Shown here one piece after another: positions 47,809 through 56,250 of a stretch of DNA of 64,000 bases. The position numbers and the translations under genes were made by a program. Numbering within the stretch: the first letter of the stretch is position 1; every line of letters begins with the position of its first letter. The stretch covers positions 32,001 through 96,000 of the forward strand of contig JBBRCZ010000004.1 of NCBI GenBank assembly GCA_038204425.1, read 5' to 3'. This stretch comes from Spirochaetia bacterium (lineage in GTDB: Bacteria > Spirochaetota > Spirochaetia > DSM-27196 > Salinispiraceae). The notes beneath the pieces were generated by a model that ran no database searches, had not been told where the DNA came from, and saw only the letters and a program-made list of their open reading frames with translations.

Positions 47809-48715
47809 AGCAGTCTGCCGCTTTGCTCCAACATGTTCGGGGTCTGCCCATCCTGGCACCTTGTTGGCAGCCATGTTGGCATATTTGGATGCCAAAAAAA
47901 ACGACGCACGCTTTGTTCTACGCATGGAGGATATTGATCCCTCAAGTGTCACTGATCATTGGCGCTCAACCTTGCTCAAGGATCTAGAGTGGTTTGATAT
48001 CAAGGGCGACTGCTTTAGCTGGCAATCAGAAAACACGAGTGCCCATGAGTCTATGATGGACCAGCTGGCTCTCACCCAGCGTCTGTATGCATGCAACTGT
48101 AGTCGAGCTAAAATTGCACGTGCTGGCCAGGCATCTTTAGCCGGCGGCTGGGTCTATCCTGGAACCTGCAGATCCTTGACTTTGCAAGATTGGCGGTCTT
48201 CAAATGCTAATATTCGCATCAACTTGGAAGGCATAAAGATTAGTCTCAAAGACCAATCGGGAGCTGATCTCAGTCAAGAGCCGAGCATTGCAATGGGCGA
48301 CCCGCTGCTTGTCAGAAAAGACGGCAGCTTTACCTATCATTTGGCGGTGGTAGCAGACGATCATTTGGCTGGTGTAAATCGGATAGTTCGTGGTCGTGAC
48401 CTTGCAAGCTCCAGTGCCATTCAGGTGGCCCTGCGACAGCTGCTAGGCTGGCCAGTTCCAAGCTACCGGCATCACCTGCTGCTCTTAGAAGAACGGGGAC
48501 AAAAATTTGCTAAATTTCATGGAGCTGTCTGTTTGACCGACTTGCAAAAGCACTATTCACCTGACCAGCTCCGTGGTGTTCTGGCCCATGCTTGTGGACT
48601 TATTGGCCAAGCCCGCGAACTAAGCTTTCATGCGGCGTTGTCGGTGTTTGATTGGCAGTCGGTTAGGTCTGACGACCTCGTTATGCACTGGGACGGTAAG
48701 CGCTTAAGTTTTTGA
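47753..48715 (+). CDS. gluQ: Glutamyl-Q tRNA(Asp) synthetase-like protein (GluRS catalytic domain only); true start uncertain, possibly TTG 47786
   Basis: RFAP...HPGT, LRMEDID, YACNCSR...YPGTCR, YHLAVVADD and RGRDL. No anticodon-binding domain. Confidence 0.8.
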   Translation: MAMALQGLPNTLSNHLANRAVCRFAPTCSGSAHPGTLLAAMLAYLDAKKNDARFVLRMEDIDPSSVTDHWRSTLLKDLEWFDIKGDCFSWQSENTSAHESMMDQLALTQRLYACNCSRAKIARAGQASLAGGWVYPGTCRSLTLQDWRSSNANIRINLEGIKISLKDQSGADLSQEPSIAMGDPLLVRKDGSFTYHLAVVADDHLAGVNRIVRGRDLASSSAIQVALRQLLGWPVPSYRHHLLLLEERGQKFAKFHGAVCLTDLQKHYSPDQLRGVLAHACGLIGQARELSFHAALSVFDWQSVRSDDLVMHWDGKRLSF

Positions 48716-48718
48716 CCA

Positions 48719-49660
48719 CTAAGCTTGTTTGCGTCCAATCAAAACAAGCGGCTCAATCTCTGGCCAAGCTGGGTCAGACCCGGCAATATGGCAGCGAACA
48801 TCAAGAAAACCACACTGCCCGAGCCAATCAATTAAGTCATTTTGGTCAAAACCCAGCCAAAAATCTGCAAACCGCTCTTTGATCCACTCTTGATTATGGG
48901 CATGCAAATCAAGTATCAGAAGTCGGCCTCCATCTTTTAGCAAACGCCAAGCCTCTTGAATGACCGCTCGCGGTTGAGCAGCATGATGTAGGGCATGGCT
49001 AACGACCACCAGATCCCAAGAATTGGCGGCCAAACCAGTTGCTTCCATGGGGGCCTTTTTAAAGCTCAGGTTTGGCAGCGCCAAGCCTGCATGCAGCGAT
49101 TGCGCCCCACTTATCTGTTCATCACTATTGTCTATTCCAGTAACTCGATTACCACTTGCCGCCAACATGGCCGACAAGCGTCCAACACCGCAACCAAGGT
49201 CAACTACGTCAAGCTCGCTGATTAACTCAATCAATCCACGGCCAAGCGCCTCCCAAGTCTGCCCTGGACTTACTTGGTTCTGAGCCTCCCGGCTGGCAAA
49301 AAAGCTGAGCGAAGCTTCTCTGCGACGTTCAAAAATATCCAACAGACGTCTCTGGTCACGTTCGTGCCATTCGTAGGCCTGGGCTTGCTGCAAAACTTCG
49401 TCGCAGATTCTGCGCGTAAATTCATCATCAAAAGTTTGGCTGAGTCGATAGTAAACGAATTGGTTTTCTTTACGGAAGCTAACTAAGTTTGCCTCTTTGA
49501 GCTGTCCCAGTTGGGTAGAAAGTGTTGACTGCCCAATTCGCAGCACTTCGGTTAGTTCCTTGACAGTAAGTTCGTTTCCCTGAAGTACCGAGAGTATCCT
49601 CAAGCGAGTTTGATCGCCCAAAAGCTTGAGAACTAAGGTTATGTCGCGATCACTGTGCAT
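48719..49660 (-). CDS. ArsR HTH fused to a SAM-methyltransferase-like domain (SahR-type regulator architecture)
   Basis: LGDQTRLRIL...ELTVKEL...QSTLSTQL, then SPGQTW, VDLGCGVG, HALHHA and HNQEW...D.WLGF. Confidence 0.85.
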   Translation of the reverse strand: MHSDRDITLVLKLLGDQTRLRILSVLQGNELTVKELTEVLRIGQSTLSTQLGQLKEANLVSFRKENQFVYYRLSQTFDDEFTRRICDEVLQQAQAYEWHERDQRRLLDIFERRREASLSFFASREAQNQVSPGQTWEALGRGLIELISELDVVDLGCGVGRLSAMLAASGNRVTGIDNSDEQISGAQSLHAGLALPNLSFKKAPMEATGLAANSWDLVVVSHALHHAAQPRAVIQEAWRLLKDGGRLLILDLHAHNQEWIKERFADFWLGFDQNDLIDWLGQCGFLDVRCHIAGSDPAWPEIEPLVLIGRKQA

Positions 49661-49701
49661 AAGACCCTTAGCATAGCACAGCTGGCCCGGTACAAGCTAC
49701 C

Positions 49702-49730
49702 TTGACATTGGTGACTACTGTGCGTAATTT
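49702..49730 (+). promoter_or_regulatory. sigma70 promoter of the pan/coa operon
   Basis: TTGACA-N17-TAATTT. Confidence 0.6.
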
Positions 49731-49760
49731 AGAAGCATCGCTTTCCCATATGGCAAGCGC

Positions 49761-49893
49761 ACTGTCTCCCGAGAGGACCCTATCCAGTTGGAAGGGTACC
49801 GGCAAGGAACTGACAGCCCACGCCCGTGATCTAGCAATCACAGACTTGTGCCGTTCTACCCTGCTCCTTTTTCGGGAGTTGAGAGGAGACGGT
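49761..49893 (+). ncRNA. pan-motif-like cis-regulatory RNA leader
   Basis: Hairpin GG-ACCCT-a-TCC-agtt-GGA-AGGGT-a-CC (49775-49800) with two bulged A residues. ACTGTCTCC (49761-69) is complementary to the RBS region GGAGACGGT (49885-93). Confidence 0.55.
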
Positions 49894-50739
49894 ATGTTTA
49901 CTATTCCTGATTTTCAAAAGAAGAAGCAAAAAGGGCAGCCCTTGGTTTTGCTGACTTGCTACGATGCTTGGTCGGCAAGCCTCTTGGAAGCAAGCAGTCT
50001 AGACGCTGTCTTAGTTGGTGACAGTGTGGCGATGGTCGTGCATGGCTTGCCCGACACCTTGGCGGCCGACATGGATATGATGTGTCTCCACACTGCCTCG
50101 GTCAGACGTGGTTCTGACAAGCTTTGCATAATAGCCGACATGCCCTTTATGGCTAGTCGCGCCAGCGTCAAAGAAGGCATGCACAACGCTGCCCGCTTAA
50201 TGCGCTGCGGTGCGCAGGCAGTAAAAATAGAAGGTTGGCGAGGGCACCAAAAGCTCATTCCACGCTTGGTCGACGCTGGTATTCCTGTAATGGGACACCT
50301 CGGCTTGCTGCCCCAGTCGGTACATCTTAGCGGCGGCTATAAAGTGCAAGGTCGTGATCAATCTGCTGCAGACACCTTAGTCAAAGAGGCCCAAGAACTA
50401 GAAAAAGCGGGTTGTTTTTCTGTAGTTCTAGAATGTGTTCCAAGCTCACTTGCCAAAGCCGTTTCTAAAGTAGTCAAAATTCCTGTTATTGGCATTGGCG
50501 CTGGCAATCAAACCGACGGCCAAATATTGGTCTTCCACGACTTACTTGGGCTGGGCACGCGCCCACTGCCACGTTTTGTAAGACAAGTTCTCAATGCCAA
50601 CACTCAAATGTTAGACGCCGTCGAGAGTTACTGCAGTCTTGTCCGTCAAGGTGACTTTCCCAATATCGCTGAATCTTACGGTGAATCATACGATCAATCA
50701 AACAGCGAATCCACCAGTGCCGAGGCTCAACATGGCTAG
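49894..50739 (+). CDS. panB: 3-methyl-2-oxobutanoate hydroxymethyltransferase
   Basis: LTCYDA, LVGDSVAM, IADMPF, AVKIEG, GHLGLLPQ and DGQILVFHD. ATG follows GAGGAG. Confidence 0.96.
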   Translation: MFTIPDFQKKKQKGQPLVLLTCYDAWSASLLEASSLDAVLVGDSVAMVVHGLPDTLAADMDMMCLHTASVRRGSDKLCIIADMPFMASRASVKEGMHNAARLMRCGAQAVKIEGWRGHQKLIPRLVDAGIPVMGHLGLLPQSVHLSGGYKVQGRDQSAADTLVKEAQELEKAGCFSVVLECVPSSLAKAVSKVVKIPVIGIGAGNQTDGQILVFHDLLGLGTRPLPRFVRQVLNANTQMLDAVESYCSLVRQGDFPNIAESYGESYDQSNSESTSAEAQHG

Positions 50740-51592
50740 TATAGAACTAATAAGTGATCCCTTAGAGTGGCAAGAATACTGTGAAATGTTGCGCCAAAGC
50801 TCGGAAAATGGAGGGCGCAAGCGCAATACTCTGGGCTTTGTCCCAAGCATGGGTGCCTTGCATCAAGGCCATCTTAGCCTAGTTCGCCGCGCGCTTGCTG
50901 AGCAGTCCTACTGTTTGGTAAGTATTTTTGTAAATCCGGCCCAGTTTGATGACCCAAATGATCTTGCGTCGTATCCCTCAACGCTTGAGTCCGACCTGGC
51001 TCTCATGCAAGAAGCTGGAGTACAGGCTGTTTTTCTTCCTAAGGCGGCGAGCGTCTACCCCAACGGTTATCGCTTTAGGGTAAGCGAAGAGCAGGTTTCT
51101 ACCCGCTTTTGCGGCACCCACAGGCCGGGCCATTTTGATGGCGTTTTGACGGTAGTCTCAAAGCTCTTAAACCTTACCCAAGCTCATGCGGCCTACTTTG
51201 GCCTCAAAGATTATCAGCAGTATAGTCTTGTGAGAGATATGGCCCGCGACTTCTTTTTAAAGACGGCTATTGTTGGCTGTCCCACCGTGCGCGAGGCCGA
51301 CGGTTTGGCAATGAGCTCTCGCAATGTGCGGCTGAGTCCAAGTCAACGTAAGCTAGCACCTCAGTTTTATAAGATTCTGCAAAATTCGGTTCAAACTAAG
51401 CTCGGTGTCAACATCGTTAGTCCAGACCACGTCAAAAACGAGCTCACTGCAGTCGGTTTTGACGTGGACTATGTAGAGGACCTTATTGACAGCACGTCAT
51501 CCCGCCGACTTGCAGCCATTCGACTGGGCCCTATAAGACTAATCGACAACGTTGAGCTTTTTTCTGGCCCACAGCAAGGAGACAGCAATTGA
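50732..51592 (+). CDS. panC: Pantoate-beta-alanine ligase
   Basis: GFVPSMGALHQGH, SIFVNPAQF, RPGHFDGV, FGLKDYQQ, READGLAMSSRN and RLIDN motifs. Confidence 0.96.
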   Translation: MASIELISDPLEWQEYCEMLRQSSENGGRKRNTLGFVPSMGALHQGHLSLVRRALAEQSYCLVSIFVNPAQFDDPNDLASYPSTLESDLALMQEAGVQAVFLPKAASVYPNGYRFRVSEEQVSTRFCGTHRPGHFDGVLTVVSKLLNLTQAHAAYFGLKDYQQYSLVRDMARDFFLKTAIVGCPTVREADGLAMSSRNVRLSPSQRKLAPQFYKILQNSVQTKLGVNIVSPDHVKNELTAVGFDVDYVEDLIDSTSSRRLAAIRLGPIRLIDNVELFSGPQQGDSN

Positions 51593-52884
51593 ATATTTGC
51601 TTAATTATTTCTGGTTCTGTAGCCGCCTACAAAGCATGCGAGCTTGTCAGTCGTCTTGCAAAGACTGGCCATACAGTGCAAACCGTCGTAAGTGAAGGTG
51701 CGCTGCACTTTATCGGCGAATCTACACTGGAAGCTCTAAGCGGAAGACAAGTTTACAGTCAACTGTGGGCCAGGCGCGAAAACATGACTCACGTAAGCCT
51801 GCGACGCTGGGCTGACCTGTTTGTTTTCTATCCTGCCAGTGCAAATCGTATCAATCAGTTTGCAGCTGGGTTGGCCTCCGACCTGATTGGTGCTACCTTT
51901 TTGGCAAACAATTTTGAAAAACCATTTTGGATTTGCCCTGCCATGAATACCAACATGCGCGAGCACCCTGCCACCTGTCAAAGTATCGAAACCCTATCCA
52001 AGTGGGGGTGCCGTATCTTAGATGGCCAAGTCGGCTTGCTTGCTTGTGGAGACAGTGGTGTCGGCAGAGCAATTGAAGCGCAGGTTTTGTTTGAACTTAT
52101 CCAAGCCGAAGCACGCCAACAAAAACGAGCCCTCATCGCCAACAGCAACTTGGCCACCTTTGGCAAACCACATCGCAAGCTACTTATTACCGGCGGCGCC
52201 ATGAGCGAAAAAATTGACGGTGTGAGAGAAATCAACAACAGATCGTCGGGTAAGACAGCAAGTGCGATTGCAGCCTGTTTCCTTGACAATGGATGGGAGC
52301 TTACTTACCTGCACCATGATAGTGCGAGCTTGGAGGGCAGCGAGGGTTCTTTCCAGCGCAGCTATCATGACTACCAAGATCTTGAGGGCTTGCTAGACGA
52401 TTGCCTTGAGCGCCAAGAATGGGATCTTATTATTCATGCTGCTGCCGTCAGCGACTATAGATTGCACAAAGAACCAAAACTGGTTAAACAACAAAAGCTT
52501 GAGTCGGGCCAGAATCTCAACTTAATTCTACAGCCAACGGCCAAATTACTAGATAAGCTGCTCGAAAAAGCCAAAGGCAAGCCAATTATTTGTGCCTTTA
52601 AACTCACCGTCGGCCAAGTCCCCGTGAGTGGTCTTGCAAAAGCTCAAAAGTTCTTGGACCACAACAAAGCAGACTTTGTGGTTTGGAACGACACTGATCA
52701 GATTGGCCCCGGGCGGCACCACTATACGCTCATCTCAAGTCAAGACAATACCCTAGACCAAGATGCAGTCGGCCCAAATATTTGCGGTGAAGCCAACGAT
52801 GAAGAAAGCCTTGCAAAACTGCTCTACAAAACATGCCTCAAAAGCCTAGAATCTAAGCAACTTGCACCCAAGGAGTCGCATTGA
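51589..52884 (+). CDS. coaBC: Bifunctional phosphopantothenoylcysteine decarboxylase/ligase
   Basis: SGSVAAYKA, PAMNTNM, LACGDSGVGR, ITGGA..E.IDGVR.I.NRSSG and HAAAVSDY motifs. Confidence 0.93.
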   Translation: MNICLIISGSVAAYKACELVSRLAKTGHTVQTVVSEGALHFIGESTLEALSGRQVYSQLWARRENMTHVSLRRWADLFVFYPASANRINQFAAGLASDLIGATFLANNFEKPFWICPAMNTNMREHPATCQSIETLSKWGCRILDGQVGLLACGDSGVGRAIEAQVLFELIQAEARQQKRALIANSNLATFGKPHRKLLITGGAMSEKIDGVREINNRSSGKTASAIAACFLDNGWELTYLHHDSASLEGSEGSFQRSYHDYQDLEGLLDDCLERQEWDLIIHAAAVSDYRLHKEPKLVKQQKLESGQNLNLILQPTAKLLDKLLEKAKGKPIICAFKLTVGQVPVSGLAKAQKFLDHNKADFVVWNDTDQIGPGRHHYTLISSQDNTLDQDAVGPNICGEANDEESLAKLLYKTCLKSLESKQLAPKESH

Positions 52885-53720
52885 TGGCAAGCAATCAGAA
52901 CAAAGCAGCTGGCCTAACCTTATGTTTGGATGTTGGCAACTCCAACCTTTACGCTGGTGTATACGACAAGAATCAAAACATCTTGCTTAGGTTCAGAAAA
53001 ACCTCACATGGTGGTTCAAGTGCTGACGAGTACGGTGTTTTTCTGAAGTCAGTCTTACGAGAAAATAACATAGATCCGCTCCAAGTTGATTCAATTGGCA
53101 TTTGTTCGGTGGTTCCAGATGCTATTTACTCAATCCGACGAGCCTGCATTAAGTATTTTGCTAGCGAACCATTTTTGTTGCAGGCAGGAGTCAAGACTGG
53201 CTTACACATTATGTATCGCAATCCTCAAGATGTGGGTGCCGACCGCATTGCCAACGCGGTTGCAGTCGGGGTGCGCTTTCCAAACATCAACTGCATTGTA
53301 GTAGACTTTGGCACCGCCACTACCTTTGATACGATCAGCGCCAGCAAAAAATATCTTGGTGGCGCAATATTGCCAGGTCTGCGCATTAGCATGGAAGCTC
53401 TTGAGGAGCGCACAGCTCGACTTCCTTCAGTAGAAATAGTTGCGGCCGACCTTGCTTGCGGCAGAACGACTATCGAGAGTATTCAAGCGGGTTTGTTTTT
53501 TGGGCACATGGGCATGATTAAGGAAATCAGCTCCCGTATTAGCCAAGAATGTTTCTCTGGCGAAAAAGTGCTCTTGATCGCAACAGGCGGATTTGCAAGT
53601 TTATTTGCTGACAGTGGACTGTTTGATCACATTCTACCCGACTTGGTACTCGAGGGTCTCTACCACACCATGCAGATAAACAAGAGCGAACTTATTCAAT
53701 TAAAAGGAGTTAAACAATAA
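52884..53720 (+). CDS. coaX: Type III pantothenate kinase
   Basis: LDVGNS, VGADRIANA, VDFGTATTFD, GGAILPG and IATGG motifs. Confidence 0.95.
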   Translation: MASNQNKAAGLTLCLDVGNSNLYAGVYDKNQNILLRFRKTSHGGSSADEYGVFLKSVLRENNIDPLQVDSIGICSVVPDAIYSIRRACIKYFASEPFLLQAGVKTGLHIMYRNPQDVGADRIANAVAVGVRFPNINCIVVDFGTATTFDTISASKKYLGGAILPGLRISMEALEERTARLPSVEIVAADLACGRTTIESIQAGLFFGHMGMIKEISSRISQECFSGEKVLLIATGGFASLFADSGLFDHILPDLVLEGLYHTMQINKSELIQLKGVKQ

Positions 53721-54106
53721 TGCAAGTCATCTTATTAAAGGGTAAAATCCACCGCGCTACCGTAACTGGAGCAGTAATCGACTACGAGGGTTCAATTGGC
53801 ATTTGCCCTGATCTGATAGCAGCTGCAGGCTTTTTACCCTGGGAAAAAGTAGACATTTATAACGTCAACACTGGAGCGAGATTTTCTACCTACGTCATCG
53901 TGGGCAATAAAGCGGAGATCACCCTCAACGGCGCAGCGGCCCGTTTAGTTCAGACAGGCGACTTATTGATTATCGCAGCTTATTGCTCAATCGAAGCACG
54001 TCTTGCTCCTGAACACCGCCCAACGATAGTACTAGTAGATCAAAACAATAATCCTGTCCCAGTTGTCGCAGATCCCCATGGTGGTGCACAACTTCGGGGT
54101 CAATAG
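53720..54106 (+). CDS. panD: Aspartate 1-decarboxylase
   Basis: KGKIHRATVT...YEG/SI autocleavage site, RFSTYVI and LNGAAAR. Confidence 0.96.
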   Translation: MQVILLKGKIHRATVTGAVIDYEGSIGICPDLIAAAGFLPWEKVDIYNVNTGARFSTYVIVGNKAEITLNGAAARLVQTGDLLIIAAYCSIEARLAPEHRPTIVLVDQNNNPVPVVADPHGGAQLRGQ

Positions 54107-54195
54107 TTGCCACTCAATAGTTGCAGCAGACGACATGTTGAACTATAGTTTTTGGTGACGGTTATTTGATAACAGTCAAACAAATGGAGGAATTT

Positions 54196-54798
54196 ATGAA
54201 GAAGGTTCTAACTATAGTTCTACTCGTGGCGTGCTTGGTTGTGCTTGGCTCTTGCGCCAGTAGAAGCGTATCTCGCCTTTCAACCGACACTGCGATTGAC
54301 CTATCAGGCCGATGGAACGATGTCGACTCACAAGCAGTAGCCGAAGGCATGATTACTGATGTGCTCAAACGACCTTGGTTGGAAGATTTTCGTGATCAAG
54401 CCGGAAAAAAGCCTGTAGTAATTGTTGGAAGCATTCGTAACCGAAGTTCGGAACACATCGACTCGGAAACTTTTTCCAAAGATATAGAACGAGAGCTTAT
54501 CAATAGTGGAAGAGTTTCGTTCGTCGCTAACGAAAAAGACCGCGAGGCGATTCGCGCCGAACGAAATGACCAACAGATGGAAGCCAACCCTGACACCATT
54601 AAGCGTCTAGGCAACGAGACTGGAGCAGACTTTTTTCTACAAGGCGTAATTACCACACAAGTAGATGCTGTGGAAGGCAAAAGAGTCATCGTTTATAAGG
54701 TGGACTTGGAGCTAATCAACATCGAAACCAACCAAAAGGTTTGGATTGGTTCAAAATCAATTAAGAAGCTCATCGAACAATCACGCGTGCGATTTTAA
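54196..54798 (+). CDS. LpoB/COG3417-like lipoprotein
   Basis: Lipobox VLGSC. Motifs DLSGRWNDVD, NRSSEHID, GADFFLQG and ETNQKVWIG. Confidence 0.8.
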   Translation: MKKVLTIVLLVACLVVLGSCASRSVSRLSTDTAIDLSGRWNDVDSQAVAEGMITDVLKRPWLEDFRDQAGKKPVVIVGSIRNRSSEHIDSETFSKDIERELINSGRVSFVANEKDREAIRAERNDQQMEANPDTIKRLGNETGADFFLQGVITTQVDAVEGKRVIVYKVDLELINIETNQKVWIGSKSIKKLIEQSRVRF

Positions 54799-54816
54799 GC
54801 AGCAATAGGAAAACAA

Positions 54817-56226
54817 ATGAAACTATACCAACTAGTTCCTACAGTACTGGCTTTGGCAGTACTTGGACTGTCCTCATGTGCTAACCGCAATGAAGTATAC
54901 TCAAAGGTAGACTCCTACGTTGCCAAACGTGACTTTCAATCGGCTCTTGCAGAGCTTAAAGAAAACAAAAGCAAGATCTACTACTCCGATCTCGATGGAG
55001 TGGTGGCCTTGCTCGACGTTGGCATGTTGCACCACTTGCGCGCAGAAAGCAAAGAAGCGATTGCAAAGTTGACTGAAGCTGAGCAACTAATAGAAGAAAA
55101 CTTTACACAGAGCATCACCAATGCTGCTGCTTCTTTCTTGCTCAACGACCTAGCCATGGAATATACCGGCGAAGCTTATGAGGATCTCTATCTCAATGTT
55201 TTTAAGGCGATAGACTTCATCAAGCAAGGAAGCTTTGACGGCGGTTTTGTCGAAATTCGACGACTGGGGAACAAGCTCAACCTCTTAGAAGATCGCTACA
55301 AAAAGCTAGCTCAGGAGCTCAACTCTTCCGACGACGCCAAAACCAAGGTGGCAGCTGGTGATTCCGAGTTTTACGACTCTGCGCTGGCCCGCTATCTGAG
55401 CTTTCTACTCTATCGGGCCGACGGTCGTTTAGACAGTGCGGCTATTGACCTCAAAAAGATTGATGAGGCCTTTGCTAAGCAGCCCAATATTTTTAAGTTT
55501 GCAAAACCAAATCTAAAAGGACTCTTGGACAATACCAGCCAAGCTAGGCTGAGTGTCGTGAGCTTTACGGGACGCATTCCCGTCAAAAAGGCCAACACTA
55601 TTAGGATTTCCACCGGCATCGATTCCATCAGTTTTGACGTCCAACGTGAGGGCAGTGACGGAAAGCTTTTCAACATTTTGTCTGATAGGCTCTCTATCAA
55701 AGGAATAGAATCAGGGTTCTACTTTAAGTGTGAGACCCCCTATCTTGAAGCTCTCCCTTCCAATATTTTTCGGGTTGCAGTCCTTGTTGACGGTGCCGAA
55801 GTCGGACAGCTTTCTTTACTTGAAGACCTAAGCGCCGTAGCCATGGAGACCTTTAAGGTCAAAGAACCCCTGACCTTTGTAAAAACTTTGGTGAGAACTA
55901 CTGTCAAAGGCATCTTGGCTCAAGAAGCCAGAAAAGCTGCCAATGATGCTGCAGCCAGTCAGGGTGATGCCGGAATACTACTCGCACTTTTTGCTGGAGT
56001 TGCTGCGGACGTGGCCATCGAAGCAAGTGAGACGGCGGACCTACGCAGTAGCCGCTTTTTCCCTGGCAAGGCCCATGTAGGTGACTTTATTGTAAGTCCA
56101 GGCGAGCACTCGGTGGCCCTGAGCTACTTTGGCAAAAATGGCAAACTACTGTATACCGACGATTTGGGAACAAGAAACTTTAACGCCAAGGGTCTCAATC
56201 TAGTCACCTCTACCAATCGAGACTAG
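54817..56226 (+). CDS. COG3014-like helical-repeat lipoprotein
   Basis: Lipobox GLSSC. Motifs LLND...Y.GEAYE and E.ADLRS. Confidence 0.7.
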   Translation: MKLYQLVPTVLALAVLGLSSCANRNEVYSKVDSYVAKRDFQSALAELKENKSKIYYSDLDGVVALLDVGMLHHLRAESKEAIAKLTEAEQLIEENFTQSITNAAASFLLNDLAMEYTGEAYEDLYLNVFKAIDFIKQGSFDGGFVEIRRLGNKLNLLEDRYKKLAQELNSSDDAKTKVAAGDSEFYDSALARYLSFLLYRADGRLDSAAIDLKKIDEAFAKQPNIFKFAKPNLKGLLDNTSQARLSVVSFTGRIPVKKANTIRISTGIDSISFDVQREGSDGKLFNILSDRLSIKGIESGFYFKCETPYLEALPSNIFRVAVLVDGAEVGQLSLLEDLSAVAMETFKVKEPLTFVKTLVRTTVKGILAQEARKAANDAAASQGDAGILLALFAGVAADVAIEASETADLRSSRFFPGKAHVGDFIVSPGEHSVALSYFGKNGKLLYTDDLGTRNFNAKGLNLVTSTNRD

Positions 56227-56250
56227 GCGAGAGTCAAAGGAGAATTGTAG

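Noticed and set aside
49737..49753. CATCGCTTTCCCATATG as a SahR operator
   Set aside because: Only the outer CAT/ATG is symmetric, which is too weak to call.
49702..49893. 64-aa N-terminal extension of panB
   Set aside because: Its TTG is the -35 box TTGACA. PanB homology and the RBS begin at 49894.
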